Part shown: positions 29,801 to 41,000 of the stretch, piece by piece
How positions within the stretch are numbered: the first letter of the stretch is position 1
Layout: every line of letters begins with the position of its first letter
DNA from: a virus
Lineage: Duplodnaviria > Caudoviricetes
Length of the DNA: 64,000 bases
Direction: 5' to 3' (one strand)
IMG/VR virus record: IMGVR_UViG_3300020403_004398
Span: 13,013-77,012 of that record
The notes under the pieces: model-generated
What the model saw: the letters and a program-made list of their open reading frames with translations, nothing else
What the model was told of the DNA's origin: nothing
The model's database searches: none
Program-made: the position numbers and the translations under genes

Positions 29801-32800
29801 GATGCAACTCATGGCCTTGAATCTGTATCAGTTAAGAAATCAGAAATAGAAAAATTTCAACAGCAAACAAAGCCGGATTCAATATTAATATCTTTTGAAA
29901 AAAGCATGTATGAGGCAATTTCTCGAGAGATGGTAAACTTCTTAGGTGGTGTAGAGTCGTTCAACAATTTGATTGGGGAGCCTGTTAATAAGTACCGTAA
30001 AACTTACAAGTTTTTGGACCACTTAAGAGGTAAATTTTTCCAAACAGTCGAAAGTCAAAACCAATTTGAAAGATACGTAAGATATTATAGATGGATAGAG
30101 TCGTCAATTGGTACATTTTTGAGACAATTGGTACCAGCTTCCATGGATTCACATACCGGAATTGAAAACGTTGTAGAGAGTCATGTTTTGGAGAGAAACA
30201 AATATGATTACAAACTACCAAAAATAAATAGAAAAGACCCAAACTTATCAACTTCCCTGCTCTCAATTAACGAATTACTTTATGATTGGGAACATGGCCA
30301 CATATCAGACTCTGAAGACGATCACTGTTTGTGGAACAAAGACAGAAAAGAGAGAGTTACAATTGGAGATAGGGAAACCATAAGGAAGGTTTTAACAACT
30401 GTGGTGACAGGCTCTGGGTGGACCCCTGCAAGAAACTATGTATTGAGAAACTTAGTAAAACCTTACAAGTATTCAACAGATCTGCAAAGAGTGTACAATC
30501 AGGGTTCGAACAGAAATGCAAATAAAATAAAAGATTTTTACAAAATAATCAATGAAGGAAAAAATATAGAAATAAACTCAACTGACTTGTATGAATTTAA
30601 GAAATGCAATGATGTTATAAATCCACAGCAAGAAAAAATCTATACAGTTAAAACAAATACAGTAGGTACAGATGGTTATCTTGATGGTGATGCCGACTTG
30701 CTACTTCCTTTTACTTTTTATAGCTCCTCTGCAGGAGTGGATTTTTCTGTATTTAAACAGAATTTGTCTATAACAAATAATCACGATGATGCGCCAACTC
30801 TGCAGGGCCCATTTGTTCGCGATAAGGTAGGAGGGATGCCACACAGAAGAGTAAAAATCGGAACAGCACATAAAGACCGGCCAGAGGCCTATGAAATTGA
30901 AACAACTTCCAACAAGCTAACTATAAAGGCTTCTCAAAAAGCAAAGTCAATGTTCCACCGCGATCTCGGCGGCGCCCGTTTTTACCATATAGGGAATGTT
31001 AAAACCACCACTGAGCCTTTGTTGTTGGGAAATTATTCTAAAGATTATGAAATCGTTCAAACTGCGGGTCGGCATATTAACAATTGCCATCTTGTCAACT
31101 CTGGAGGGGTAGATTTGACAGGACAATACTCGAACTCAACATACATTACAGATCTTGCCAGTACGACAAAATTAATAGATTTTGCAGTACCAAACCGAGG
31201 CCGCAGCGAGCACGTATTTGTAAATAGATTTTCAGCCCCAGGTTCGCCAGAAACTTTGAGTCCAAGCTCTTTGGACAGGGAATCAGCAGAATATTCAGTT
31301 TACAATACGGTAAACTACAGAAATGTTGGTGTACGCAGCGCATTGAATTTATTTTCTAAAGAATATTCTGGGCAATTTGGATACAGAAGTTCCAGCGCGA
31401 CACAGGGCTCAGTTCACAAAACAAACAGAAATCCGCTAAGGTACACTGGTTCAGCAGGAAAAGAGAAAAATTATGACAACTCTTTTGTTCAACATCAGAT
31501 ACCACAAAATGACTTCGGATATGCATGGGTAACCTCTAGTGCGAATGAAGACGTTTATAGTTTTTTGAACAAAAATTCAAATTTTGGACATCAACACAAG
31601 TTTGAGATTTCAGGATCTTTGAAGTCTTCAGAGACAATATCTTTTACTTCTCGATCATCAAGACTAACCGCGTATAACGCAGCAGATTTCGCAGGTATTC
31701 AAACTTGGAATAATTACACGATAGATAAAGAATTAAACACTCAAGCCTACAATTCACCAATAACTCACCTAAATGATGTAATTTTAGGCCTCCAGGGCCC
31801 GTATTCGTGGCCAACTTGGAAACAAATAAGAGGGTCTGAGCACCCGATCGTACGCGCTCACAAGAAAAGTAATGATTTTTCAGTTGTTTTCACTGGGGAT
31901 ATCCCTTTCACTTTTTCGTATCCGGGAGTCAAATACGATTATAGCAACACGCAAGAAAACAACAACCTTATAAATACACCTAGATCTGTCAGGAATTACA
32001 AGGAAATATTAGTAACGTCAAAATTTAATCCAGTTACGGTGAGCCTGCACGAAATATTAGAAGAGGATATGGTAGAATTTTTAAGTCAAAACGATTTTCT
32101 ACCCTCGACACTTTCGCAAGCTAAATTGTCTCAGTTGTGGTATAACGATGAGTTTATGCATGAGTTTTTGTCTAAAAACGCTTCAAGTGATATGCCAAGC
32201 ATCTCTTTGAGAGCTACAGTGCAAAATGATGTTACGGGCTTTGCAAATCAAGACTTGACAGACGACATAGATTTTTCTGAGCAAGAATTTTTAAAAAATA
32301 AAAACTTAGAAAAAATAAACAGTTATTTAGAGTTCTTAGAAGGTCCAATGGCAAAAGATCTTCAACTTAGCGAACTAAACTACATAGAGACAATATACCC
32401 CAGAGAAATCAACACTTACACAAAAAATGCAAGAACAAGAGAAAACTTTGAGTTTTTCGGCTGGAACTCGTCAAGAAATTCTAGAAATTTAATATTAACA
32501 GGAAATGTGCTATATGATGGATTTTTAATTAACAACGCAACACAAAAATTCTTCCTTAAGCCAACAGCGAGTTTTCAAGAAGACAATTTTAAGACCTCTT
32601 ATTTTAATTCTATAGAGGTTGTAGATTTAATTTCTACCGGATCAACTTCGAGCATCGCGACAGCAGCGAGTAAATATATAACCGGCAGTACTTGGGTACT
32701 AGACTCAAGAAAAGATATTAATACCACTCCATTAAGTTTGACTTCATCTTTCTTTTTAGACGGAGATACGTTCCTTGCGAACAGAGAACAAGCGACTCTA

Positions 32801-35800
32801 GGAGAAGGTATTCTTCAGAACGATTATAGCATATTTGCTTTGGGTATGAACGCTGCCAGGGGCGCTCCCCCGTTCGCGCCATTGTACAACAGAAGAATTC
32901 CACAAGCATATAACGGAGACTTTTTCTTATCAGGAGAAGCAAAATGGTCAGCAGCAGACGGTCGCACAGGACCCTTCTTCGATAATTACGACGTTTACGC
33001 TGAAGAGATTCGACTTATTGGGCAAGAATATTCGTTGATTCCTGAATATCGAGTGAGTGAGTTTGTGGAAGATATATATTCTTCTAAAGATAGGAACGCT
33101 TCTGCAAGAAGAGAAGATTTCTTACAACTAACAGGGGCTATATATGACAAATCATCAGGAGAACTATCGGTAGGTAGTAGGTTTTTTAAGACATATTCAA
33201 CCAGTGACTTTATGAAGTACTTCCAGCCAGTTAGAGAAAATCTTGAAAATAATAATTTTTCATTAGATCCTGGTCGCTTAACCTTGCGCTGTCAAGCAGT
33301 AAAGAGATTTTTACCCTACAGAGGTTTTTATCCAGCAGAACGCGTAGTTCAAATTTCTGAAATTTTTCATAGAGGATACATGAAATCGGGCTCGTTTTCT
33401 GCAAAATATTTAGAGAATGATCTAATAACAGAAACAGAAGCAAGAAACTTGTTAAATTTAAGAATTGAAAACTCAAAAGCCCAGGTATTTAAGCCTATAG
33501 GTGCCCCCGGTGTGCTTTTAAATTCGATTAAAGCAGGTGTGGCAGTAGATTATCCTATTTTTCATTCAGTGATCACCGGCGCCATAGAGTCTATACTTGA
33601 TACAAAATATGATACGCCAATTATAAATCATTCTTTTATGTCGCTAGGTTCAGATGTTTGCTTTACGGGTTCTTCAATAAACTCAACAGTAGACGCAGGT
33701 ATTCCTAGGCTTACTGGTTCAGTTTCTCACCGGGTCACGTTTGAAGACATGTTGACACCTGAAAATTTAATGACAGAGGTTATTCATGACAACGAGCCTC
33801 ACCCAAGCGCAAGCCTGTTGTATGGAACGGCTGATTTCGTCAAAGTACTCGAAAGACCGGCCAGGTTTGGTATGCTTGATCAGACAGAAGTTAAAAACAA
33901 AATAGCTATATCTTTTGGCAATTTAAAAGAAAGTTTTGGTCATGCACTGAAGCCATATAAGAGCGCTATAAACAACTTTACTGCGGAAACGGTTAATTTT
34001 TTCTTGGAAGAAGGCAAGCTACAGACATTAATATCGGAACCAACTGCACCTTTGTTATCTGCAGGTACGACTTATAAAATGAAAGTTTATCTTCTTAATG
34101 AAGACACAGTCATGTACGATAGACATTCTGCATTCGGTCCACCTGTCGACGACGGTCATGTTGGGGTCACTACGTATGAGGAAGCTACCACTGGCATATC
34201 TGGTATTGCATCTAGCGCAAGCATAACTTTTGATCACACAAACCAAGATCCCCTTCGCCGCGAGCCAACTAATCTTGTGCCGTACTCGTTAAGTGGGGCT
34301 ACGACATTGTCTAGCCACGCTGTTGGGTTTACATTCACTGCGTCTAATGGCACTGGCTTAAGCATAGGGTATTACGACTCTTTGAATTATACCGGCTCAA
34401 TGGCGCGCTTTGAATTTAAGGAGCCTTCGCAATATTCCGCCACGGTTGACGATTATATTGATGACAATGCCACTTTTCCGCTTCTGGGGCTTTCTGGTTC
34501 CAGCGGATCTGTAAGCCTCTTCTTTTACAACTCCGTACAGTTTGGATCAACTCTGACTGGCAAATATGTTGATGTTAGTGATGGCGCTTCAGGGTTCAAA
34601 ACTGCGACACAGGTTGCGACAGAGGTTAAAAACATACTCTCCTCTTCTTTAAGTAGCTCTTTTATGTTCTTTCAAGACGGTGCAAATTTTACTGCTTTTT
34701 CTAGGACTAGAGCTGTGAACGAAGACACGGCCATCTTGACAGGAAGCAATGCAACCGTCGCGCCATCAGCTTTTGGTGGCCTAGGAAATAACGCAAAAAA
34801 TATTGCAAACATATCCCAGACCGGCTCTCAAACTGGTACTTTTGGTACCGAGCTTTTTGATTATGAAGTCGTCGCCGGCGTCGACTGGCCGACATATGCA
34901 CTGTCTTTCAACAGTAATACCGTAAGGTATGTGGACATTCATCGTGTTGCCACCGATGTTTTTGGTGCCTCGACAGTTGCAGATGACACTAGAGATGCAA
35001 TAATAACCTTGTCAGGCGCAGTAGGCGATTACATGATAACAGCCTCAGCCCCGGGGTCGACCTCTACTGTGACGATAACCAGATTGAACACCGGATCAGC
35101 TGGCAATCAGCCGCTCGGCCAAATGTCACTCCCTATCAACACAACTGATCTCGTTTCCAGCTTCCCTTCAGCCTTTACCGGAGGAAGAGATTCATTCTTA
35201 GTGACTTCGCTATCTGCAAGTGTTACAGTTAAATCAGGTTCGCATGGTCACTTGCCTTATGTGCCGCCATTTTTAGATCCACATACGAGGCCTTATATCG
35301 AATTAAGCTTTACACCAAACAAAGATAAGGTATATACAATACCAGAAATTATTGATAATGTAACAGCGTCATATTATAATATTGCAGAACCAAGCAACGC
35401 AGAGACTAACACAAATTACAAAGAAGCTATGTCGTTGTCAGCAAGTATTGACTTTAAGAAGTATGTAAAACTTATAAGTGATAACTATACTGTTTCTGAA
35501 TCGGGCCATCGGACCCCTCTGGATCCAAGTTCTACCGAAAAGTTTAGATGGGTTATACAACCAAAGTGGGAAACTCCGATCATGGACTTTCAAGATAGGG
35601 AGGTGCAAACTTTAAATCTTAACAATGGAACAGTGGTCTCAACTAGTAAATCGCCCTGGAAGACAAGATATCAAACAACCTATTACGAAGAGTTCAATGA
35701 ATCTGGAACCCCATACCTAACCTCCTCTACAGGCATGTGGCACCAATCCGGAAGTGTAATAACAAAAACAGAACAAAAAGGCTATTATTTGACAATCGAA

Positions 35801-37159
35801 TCAGCAGATTATGATCCGCAAAACAATGTAGCAGACTTGGCATCAATCGTAGGATTTGTTCCAGAACCTCATTTATCGGGCCGCCGCCGAAAGAGCGGTA
35901 ACTCTTATAGCTTTAAAAAGCTAGGGCAACTGGCAGAGAGGAAAAAGATAAGTGAAGCAGTCGTTGCAATACCTTATTATATAACATATCAAAATCGTAA
36001 AAATGTAGTAAAGCTTTTTTCGCTAAATCAAACAGCGTTTCATCAAGCGCAAGATTTAAATATAGCAAAAAAAGAATTCCTAACAAAAAACCTTCAGGAC
36101 TCGCCCTCGATCGACGACGCGCGTCTAATAAAAGAAAGTTATGAAGAGTGGCACGAAAAATGCGGCCAGGACGCAGTCGAGAATATAGCCTATCAATTGA
36201 GAATGATGGAAAAATATATATTGCCACCTCAATTTGATTTCTTGCAAAATCCTGAAGATGTTGATCCTCATGTGGCATATATTTTTCAATTTAAGAGTGA
36301 ATTGACTAGAGAGGACTTAGCAAGCATATGGCAAAATATGTATCCCGTATCCACAAGCCTTGCATCGAAGCCGCAGCATTCAACTGTGAGTTCGGACTCT
36401 TCTGAGTCCGATACTGAATACGTTACGAGCTTTTTGGAGCCCGGAGATATAGGGATTTTTAAAGATAAAGAATCTAACTATAAAGATGCAAAACAATTCT
36501 TGAATGAGGAGGTTAGGTGGCTGGTGTTCAAGGCAAAATTAAGAGCTAGTTCTCATTATTATGAAATAGTTGAAAACTCTGTAAGCGACACATTGGGAGA
36601 TATAGAAAACCTCGAAGGAACAGAGTATCAAGGCGACGAAAGATATTTGGCAAGAGATGAAAGAACAGAGTTCGGCGAATATGGATACAATTGGCCTTAT
36701 GATTACTTTTCGCTAGTTGAACTAATTAAGGTTGAAAGTAAAGTTGATTTTTATTCTAAGTCCGTCGCCAAGAAAGATGGTAATTCGTTTAGAACACAAG
36801 AGGCTAGATTTGAAATGCAAGAAGGACCACAAGAGACAGAAGTATTAGAAATAAGTGAAGCTGGTGCAGGCAGCAGTTATTCGCTTGAGCCAGAAAGTCA
36901 ATCTTCTGATTCGTCTGCAACTATAGAAATGGTTGTAAGAGAGACCCTCAAGGCAGATGATGACCCAATACCCACACCAGCAGATACACTAACAGTCGCG
37001 ACAGCAACAATAAAATCGGGAACAGAGTCTCTGTATGTCAACGGAATGTTGCAGTCTTACGGGGCTTCAAGGGATTATACCATACTAGGAAACACAATAA
37101 CTTTGACGTACGACTTAGAAGCTTCAGACGCAGTTTATATAACTTACATAAAGGAGTAA
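26888..37159 (+). CDS. Giant virion structural protein (3423 aa) with LamG/ConA-like domains
   Basis: TAEFWLKK, KWHHYAVSV, FYVDG, SGSMDDFRYW (LamG), a second LamG-like block (WNLSVRI...NFNVWN), and a C-terminal LYVNGMLQ...DYTILGNTITL fibre-type domain. Confidence 0.65.
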   Translation: MTDYKNIPPKSKLSEKREKQFLKRKRHSINESSGLISKNLESDKVLQAYGNYVKTFRPDVKVKDPSTFACFGSAEKYYNDAAYNIVNYYPFDGTREQLLAWHTSSNPLDVAILKNNWPASVGHLAFNKSEYVTFYAGPQYLASANFVGDIHKEETSLTMNPTKGNTAEFWLKKEAFNEQESHAEVLFDIGSYPGKLSDSQTGIFKLYLNASSSGSPFYLTYKSGSVGITDLQIGSSTHTTSSIIDSKWHHYAVSVWKESSKIHVKFYVDGVYDSHHQVSDAAYETMGKVDAYMGGSLGAAQAFTSGSLSGSMDDFRYWKGKRTAKEIGKYYDKRVFASDKTSDDYTSRLGAYFKFNRSKTGDTSKDSIAVDYSGNNLFGTIKNYASSCRVSTSAITLSDISKNSEQKDPILDSSHQQVSSLISEYSAIGKQFDNHNQSTLTRFLPEWAQPDRIDAASQDSKDFATLLHMMSSEFDRIKAGIDALVRHRGIKYADPITKIGANGVIVETTSSYIDNNTIECAEHRDLDPWTAGNRAYWPSRNLEETGLQVEAQPIISEVTAEEYVENELIHVMELSFADLKNLIIENINITANSTLKKKGSKRAFDSILHSYGVDQNNISTKLYGHNADLFITSSKVDFVSEKKRSLFLGDNKSATLFMSSSSPETQKTFLKADTRETEYTFEGNFIFPNITSSSGFVTSASIFGAHEVSASNNSFVVTDPDGASFQVSSTKTGLTDHGDVKFSLSSSALLLSLNTELTSPSMPNVYKNSLWNLSVRISKNADNKFVYNPTPTYKVQFSGYNYVLDNLENYFETSSVITSDVYERFKSANKTVFVGAHRDNITGSVTKETDIKIINFNVWNDSLSTLELQARSQSPSIVGRSKAFMYEDSYASSNRPIEQSLIFGWQFSNLQTASVDNTIIVEDLSSGSAEMVSKYGNLIGYKYPAKSTALSHKTSNVLQEEFLPVVRFSPIDATHGLESVSVKKSEIEKFQQQTKPDSILISFEKSMYEAISREMVNFLGGVESFNNLIGEPVNKYRKTYKFLDHLRGKFFQTVESQNQFERYVRYYRWIESSIGTFLRQLVPASMDSHTGIENVVESHVLERNKYDYKLPKINRKDPNLSTSLLSINELLYDWEHGHISDSEDDHCLWNKDRKERVTIGDRETIRKVLTTVVTGSGWTPARNYVLRNLVKPYKYSTDLQRVYNQGSNRNANKIKDFYKIINEGKNIEINSTDLYEFKKCNDVINPQQEKIYTVKTNTVGTDGYLDGDADLLLPFTFYSSSAGVDFSVFKQNLSITNNHDDAPTLQGPFVRDKVGGMPHRRVKIGTAHKDRPEAYEIETTSNKLTIKASQKAKSMFHRDLGGARFYHIGNVKTTTEPLLLGNYSKDYEIVQTAGRHINNCHLVNSGGVDLTGQYSNSTYITDLASTTKLIDFAVPNRGRSEHVFVNRFSAPGSPETLSPSSLDRESAEYSVYNTVNYRNVGVRSALNLFSKEYSGQFGYRSSSATQGSVHKTNRNPLRYTGSAGKEKNYDNSFVQHQIPQNDFGYAWVTSSANEDVYSFLNKNSNFGHQHKFEISGSLKSSETISFTSRSSRLTAYNAADFAGIQTWNNYTIDKELNTQAYNSPITHLNDVILGLQGPYSWPTWKQIRGSEHPIVRAHKKSNDFSVVFTGDIPFTFSYPGVKYDYSNTQENNNLINTPRSVRNYKEILVTSKFNPVTVSLHEILEEDMVEFLSQNDFLPSTLSQAKLSQLWYNDEFMHEFLSKNASSDMPSISLRATVQNDVTGFANQDLTDDIDFSEQEFLKNKNLEKINSYLEFLEGPMAKDLQLSELNYIETIYPREINTYTKNARTRENFEFFGWNSSRNSRNLILTGNVLYDGFLINNATQKFFLKPTASFQEDNFKTSYFNSIEVVDLISTGSTSSIATAASKYITGSTWVLDSRKDINTTPLSLTSSFFLDGDTFLANREQATLGEGILQNDYSIFALGMNAARGAPPFAPLYNRRIPQAYNGDFFLSGEAKWSAADGRTGPFFDNYDVYAEEIRLIGQEYSLIPEYRVSEFVEDIYSSKDRNASARREDFLQLTGAIYDKSSGELSVGSRFFKTYSTSDFMKYFQPVRENLENNNFSLDPGRLTLRCQAVKRFLPYRGFYPAERVVQISEIFHRGYMKSGSFSAKYLENDLITETEARNLLNLRIENSKAQVFKPIGAPGVLLNSIKAGVAVDYPIFHSVITGAIESILDTKYDTPIINHSFMSLGSDVCFTGSSINSTVDAGIPRLTGSVSHRVTFEDMLTPENLMTEVIHDNEPHPSASLLYGTADFVKVLERPARFGMLDQTEVKNKIAISFGNLKESFGHALKPYKSAINNFTAETVNFFLEEGKLQTLISEPTAPLLSAGTTYKMKVYLLNEDTVMYDRHSAFGPPVDDGHVGVTTYEEATTGISGIASSASITFDHTNQDPLRREPTNLVPYSLSGATTLSSHAVGFTFTASNGTGLSIGYYDSLNYTGSMARFEFKEPSQYSATVDDYIDDNATFPLLGLSGSSGSVSLFFYNSVQFGSTLTGKYVDVSDGASGFKTATQVATEVKNILSSSLSSSFMFFQDGANFTAFSRTRAVNEDTAILTGSNATVAPSAFGGLGNNAKNIANISQTGSQTGTFGTELFDYEVVAGVDWPTYALSFNSNTVRYVDIHRVATDVFGASTVADDTRDAIITLSGAVGDYMITASAPGSTSTVTITRLNTGSAGNQPLGQMSLPINTTDLVSSFPSAFTGGRDSFLVTSLSASVTVKSGSHGHLPYVPPFLDPHTRPYIELSFTPNKDKVYTIPEIIDNVTASYYNIAEPSNAETNTNYKEAMSLSASIDFKKYVKLISDNYTVSESGHRTPLDPSSTEKFRWVIQPKWETPIMDFQDREVQTLNLNNGTVVSTSKSPWKTRYQTTYYEEFNESGTPYLTSSTGMWHQSGSVITKTEQKGYYLTIESADYDPQNNVADLASIVGFVPEPHLSGRRRKSGNSYSFKKLGQLAERKKISEAVVAIPYYITYQNRKNVVKLFSLNQTAFHQAQDLNIAKKEFLTKNLQDSPSIDDARLIKESYEEWHEKCGQDAVENIAYQLRMMEKYILPPQFDFLQNPEDVDPHVAYIFQFKSELTREDLASIWQNMYPVSTSLASKPQHSTVSSDSSESDTEYVTSFLEPGDIGIFKDKESNYKDAKQFLNEEVRWLVFKAKLRASSHYYEIVENSVSDTLGDIENLEGTEYQGDERYLARDERTEFGEYGYNWPYDYFSLVELIKVESKVDFYSKSVAKKDGNSFRTQEARFEMQEGPQETEVLEISEAGAGSSYSLEPESQSSDSSATIEMVVRETLKADDDPIPTPADTLTVATATIKSGTESLYVNGMLQSYGASRDYTILGNTITLTYDLEASDAVYITYIKE

Positions 37160-37165
37160 AGATAA

Positions 37166-38026
37166 GTGTCGTTTTTTAATAGCAAGGAAGAAGTAATAGA
37201 TATTAAGCTTACGCAGTTTGGTAAAAATTTGTTGTCAAGAGGCTATTTTAAACCAGTGTATTATAGGTTTTTTGATGATGATATATTGTATGACTCGGAT
37301 TATGCAAATTTTGCAGAACACCAGAACGACACCGAAATTAGAATTCTTGAAAACACGCCTCGACTAAAGACTAGACACGTATCCTATCCGGTAGAACAGT
37401 CTTATTTAGACGAGCAAGAAGTGGCAGACAACACAGAGTCCGACCGCCGGCGCCATAGTTTAATATTTAAAGAAATAAAGAGAGATTTAGATCCACTAAT
37501 CCAAGAAAGATTACTTCTGTACCCTCTTCATTCAAAAGAGATACAAAATGAAAAAGCGCCAAGAATACAGGTTAGAACATTGGATCAGAGAATATCTGGA
37601 AGTATTACTATGTTAAACTTAACGTCTTCTGGAATAATAAAAAATATCCCTCAAATTACAATAAATCCTGAATACAGGATAGAAGAAAATAGAATGAACC
37701 TTCAACCTCGTAAAATGGTAAATCAAGAGTCGTATTTCGATTTATCTTCTAGAGAAGTTGTTTTCGCCGATAATTCTAAAATCAACGTTCTTTCAAAGGA
37801 CATAGTTATTGACATAGAAGAGGTAAATGCATTTTTCGGCAATGACAATTTTGAAATAGAGGTCTATGAAGTAATAGAGGTCGACGGCCGCGACGATGAC
37901 CTGAGAAGAATAGAAGATCTAGAAGAAGTAGGAAAATTTTTTCACATTAGGACAGACGAGGACATTCCCGGTTTCACTATCGAATCAGGAAGAAAAAAGA
38001 ATTACTACAGAAGAGGTGAAAGCTAG
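37166..38026 (+). CDS. Putative baseplate/tail protein (paralogue of 44133 at the N-terminus)
   Basis: GTG start with AGGAG SD. MSFFNSKEEVIDIKLTQFGKNLLSRGYF...FFDDDILYD. Confidence 0.55.
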   Translation: MSFFNSKEEVIDIKLTQFGKNLLSRGYFKPVYYRFFDDDILYDSDYANFAEHQNDTEIRILENTPRLKTRHVSYPVEQSYLDEQEVADNTESDRRRHSLIFKEIKRDLDPLIQERLLLYPLHSKEIQNEKAPRIQVRTLDQRISGSITMLNLTSSGIIKNIPQITINPEYRIEENRMNLQPRKMVNQESYFDLSSREVVFADNSKINVLSKDIVIDIEEVNAFFGNDNFEIEVYEVIEVDGRDDDLRRIEDLEEVGKFFHIRTDEDIPGFTIESGRKKNYYRRGES

Positions 38027-41000
38027 TGGCAAATTATTATGGCGAAGACGCGTTCCCAATTATTACTACAAAAAGAATTAGAATAGTTGACTCCCACCAG
38101 CAAAAGGTAAAAGTTGAGTACGCCCTTAGATTACCGCAAGGCATAGACTCCGGTACACTCCTGCGCGATTTTTCATCAATTGGAGATATTAGAATATTTT
38201 TTGTTATTTTAGATGATACAAGTTACTCTCTAATAACGAACCTGATGAATGTCCGCACCCGGCAGGCAGCAATAGATATGATAAACAGAGAACAGCAGAA
38301 ATTATTAGCTGAAGACCTCAATCAACTACCAAGCTTTGCAATTAATCGCATAGCGGATTCCAAAGCCATGGCCTCGATGGCTTTCGAGGAAGTATTGCAA
38401 AATCAGAGAACAATGAGGGTTTCAGCTTCAGATCTTGGGGGTGAGTACTACCATGATGTGTATGGAGAGATAGAAATACCATATGATCCACCTACAAGTT
38501 ATTCTGAAATGTCAACAAATCGACTACATTTAGTGTCATTTTTTCATGTATTAGTAGAAGAAGATAAGTATACCGACGCACTAGGGGGAGGTTTGGTGTA
38601 TGATTTGTTGTTAGAGAGGGCGGAAAATGGAAGGCTAACTATTCCAAACTTTATAAATGCGTTTTTTGTGGATGATCCAAGCGCTGGAATGATACCCTAT
38701 TATGGCCCTGCACACTACCACGGCCCTAATAATTCAGCTGACGGTTATGTTGGCTGGATGGCTGGCCATATGGAAGGAGAAATGGGCCCAAGGCTTACAG
38801 TACATCAAGTTAGAAATTATAAAATCTCCTCAGATGTTTCGTTTGGGGCTCACCGCTCAATAGTTGGGACTCCGGCGGCCAATCGGTTGGCTGCCCACGC
38901 TGGATCCTCTCGTGCACCCGCCGGCCAGGAAGTAGAGGGTTTTTTAAATTCTTTTTTTGACCAAAATACTTTGCTGGACAAACAAGAAAAGATCCGCAGA
39001 ATGGCCATCGCGTCTTTGTATTCTGATAGAATAAATAATTTAAATGTAGTACAACACGGCACAGCTAATACCGCGCATATAAATGTTATTGTAGATGAGA
39101 CGAACACCGCCGTACCGTCGTTAGCTAATAGTAACCATGCTTTCGTGCTAGGTATCAACATATTAGATATAATAAAATCAGAATCTTCTTTTGGGCACAT
39201 TGTAAACTTTCACGATGAAAGAGGAAACACCTCCTTTGTGTCGGAAGCAGTAAGATACAGTAAGATAGCAGGAATAAAAATAACCAGAAGAAGAGTGGAT
39301 AGCATACCATATTCATCAAATAAGCTAGCTACACCAGAATATCCAAGGTACAATTCAGAAGATACTGACATGTTTTTAATTTCATCAGCTGACGAAACTC
39401 GATCTTTAAACCAAAGAGTATTTGGCCGCTCCCGTAACTCTGGTCCTTCCCTCGGTCTTGCGGCCGCAGAGACACCAAGGGGTTCCATTGAAGAAGTGGA
39501 GGTGCTAAGTTTTCGAAATTTTCTTGATTCTTCATCCCGCCCAAGAACACATCACCGGCATTTTTTAATAAAAGATTTTGATTTATTTCACAACGTCGAA
39601 AGTGGAAAATACACCTACTTGTTAGAGCTGATTTTACACGATGGTACGCGGGATGTAATATCTATAATGTTTAATAGACTAAAAGACAGTTTAAAAGATT
39701 TTCAAGAATATATAAAAGAGGCATCTACTGCAGCTGTTCGCAACCCAGCAGGCGATGACTATTTGCATGGTAATTATGATTATTTAATAGGTGATCACAC
39801 ACCAGCATTTAAAAATAGTACAAATTTTGAAAACACAATCAAAAAAGCAGTGGACTCCTACTGTGAGATTGTGAGATTTATTGGTTCGACACCAGTGCAT
39901 TATTCGGTGAAAGAAAGGTTATATAATTTTTTAAGCCCGATTGGGGTTAGCTTAGAAACTCTACACCAGTTTGAAGATTTGCTGTCATCTCTAGCTTCCA
40001 CTTTAAAAGATGTGCTTTACACAGGGGTCGAAAAATCTTTCGACGGCTTTATAAGTCACGGACAAGAAATAAGTGTTCCCGATAGTCCAGCACATATACA
40101 AAGGCAGATAACAGTATCTTCAAAAACCAATGTCTTCATCGACGCGTTTTCAAAGACTAGCGTTCTGGCTGACTATTCTCAAACAAGGGGGGTTTTTCAA
40201 TCTATAGTTTCATCTCAAGACTTATATCTGAGATTAAACTCAAACCCAGAAACGTTTAATGATATAACTCCCTCAAGGTATATCCTGTGTGACCCTGTAG
40301 CGTTTAAGGAAAAACAAGTAAACGTCGTTCAAAAAACTGGCAGACGGCCAGAGATTAACTCAGGCAGAATGAAAGACATAGAACACAGGACGGAAGGACA
40401 TATTCAAATTATATCAACGTTCGAAGATTACAGCACTTCCAGCCCCCTTAGAAGAGAATTTATAGACACAAAAATGAACGTACTTAGAAAACTCGATGCG
40501 GAAAACACTGCGATGGCGGAAAAAGAGGAGTCTTTTTTTCCTCAAATGTTACAAACCTTTTCAGGGTTAGCGCTTGGAACATCTACAGGAGTTAGTTTTA
40601 CCAGTCCTTTATCGATGGCGCGCTCGTTAAATTTATTTGATAATTCGCCCAACATGTCAGAAGAGGTTCAAGAGGCGATTTGTGAAGCTGCTTACAAAGG
40701 TACAGATAAAGATTTTTTTGTTAATTCTATAAGTAGCACATACAAAGATTTGGTACAAACAAGAAAGCAGCTCGGAAATTTGTACGACCAAATGAATAAA
40801 ATATTTGGACTGTTCGATTCCATTGTTTCTCAAGGTGCCACTAACTCAAATTTTAAGGCCAGATTCTTAGGCACCGGGCCCGGCAAGGTTTCTAGAAATA
40901 TAAATTTGCCTGGATCAACTTATGATCGCGATGCGTCTACTGCTTTTATGGTTGGCCCTGGTGTGGAAAAGTCAACCGCGAACTTAGCCATTGTACTTAA

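Noticed and set aside
14106-37159. Inteins, introns or homing endonucleases inflating the giant ORFs
   Set aside because: No Hint splice motifs, LAGLIDADG, HNH or GIY-YIG signatures were recognised; TerL and primase have normal lengths. A profile search would be needed to exclude them fully.
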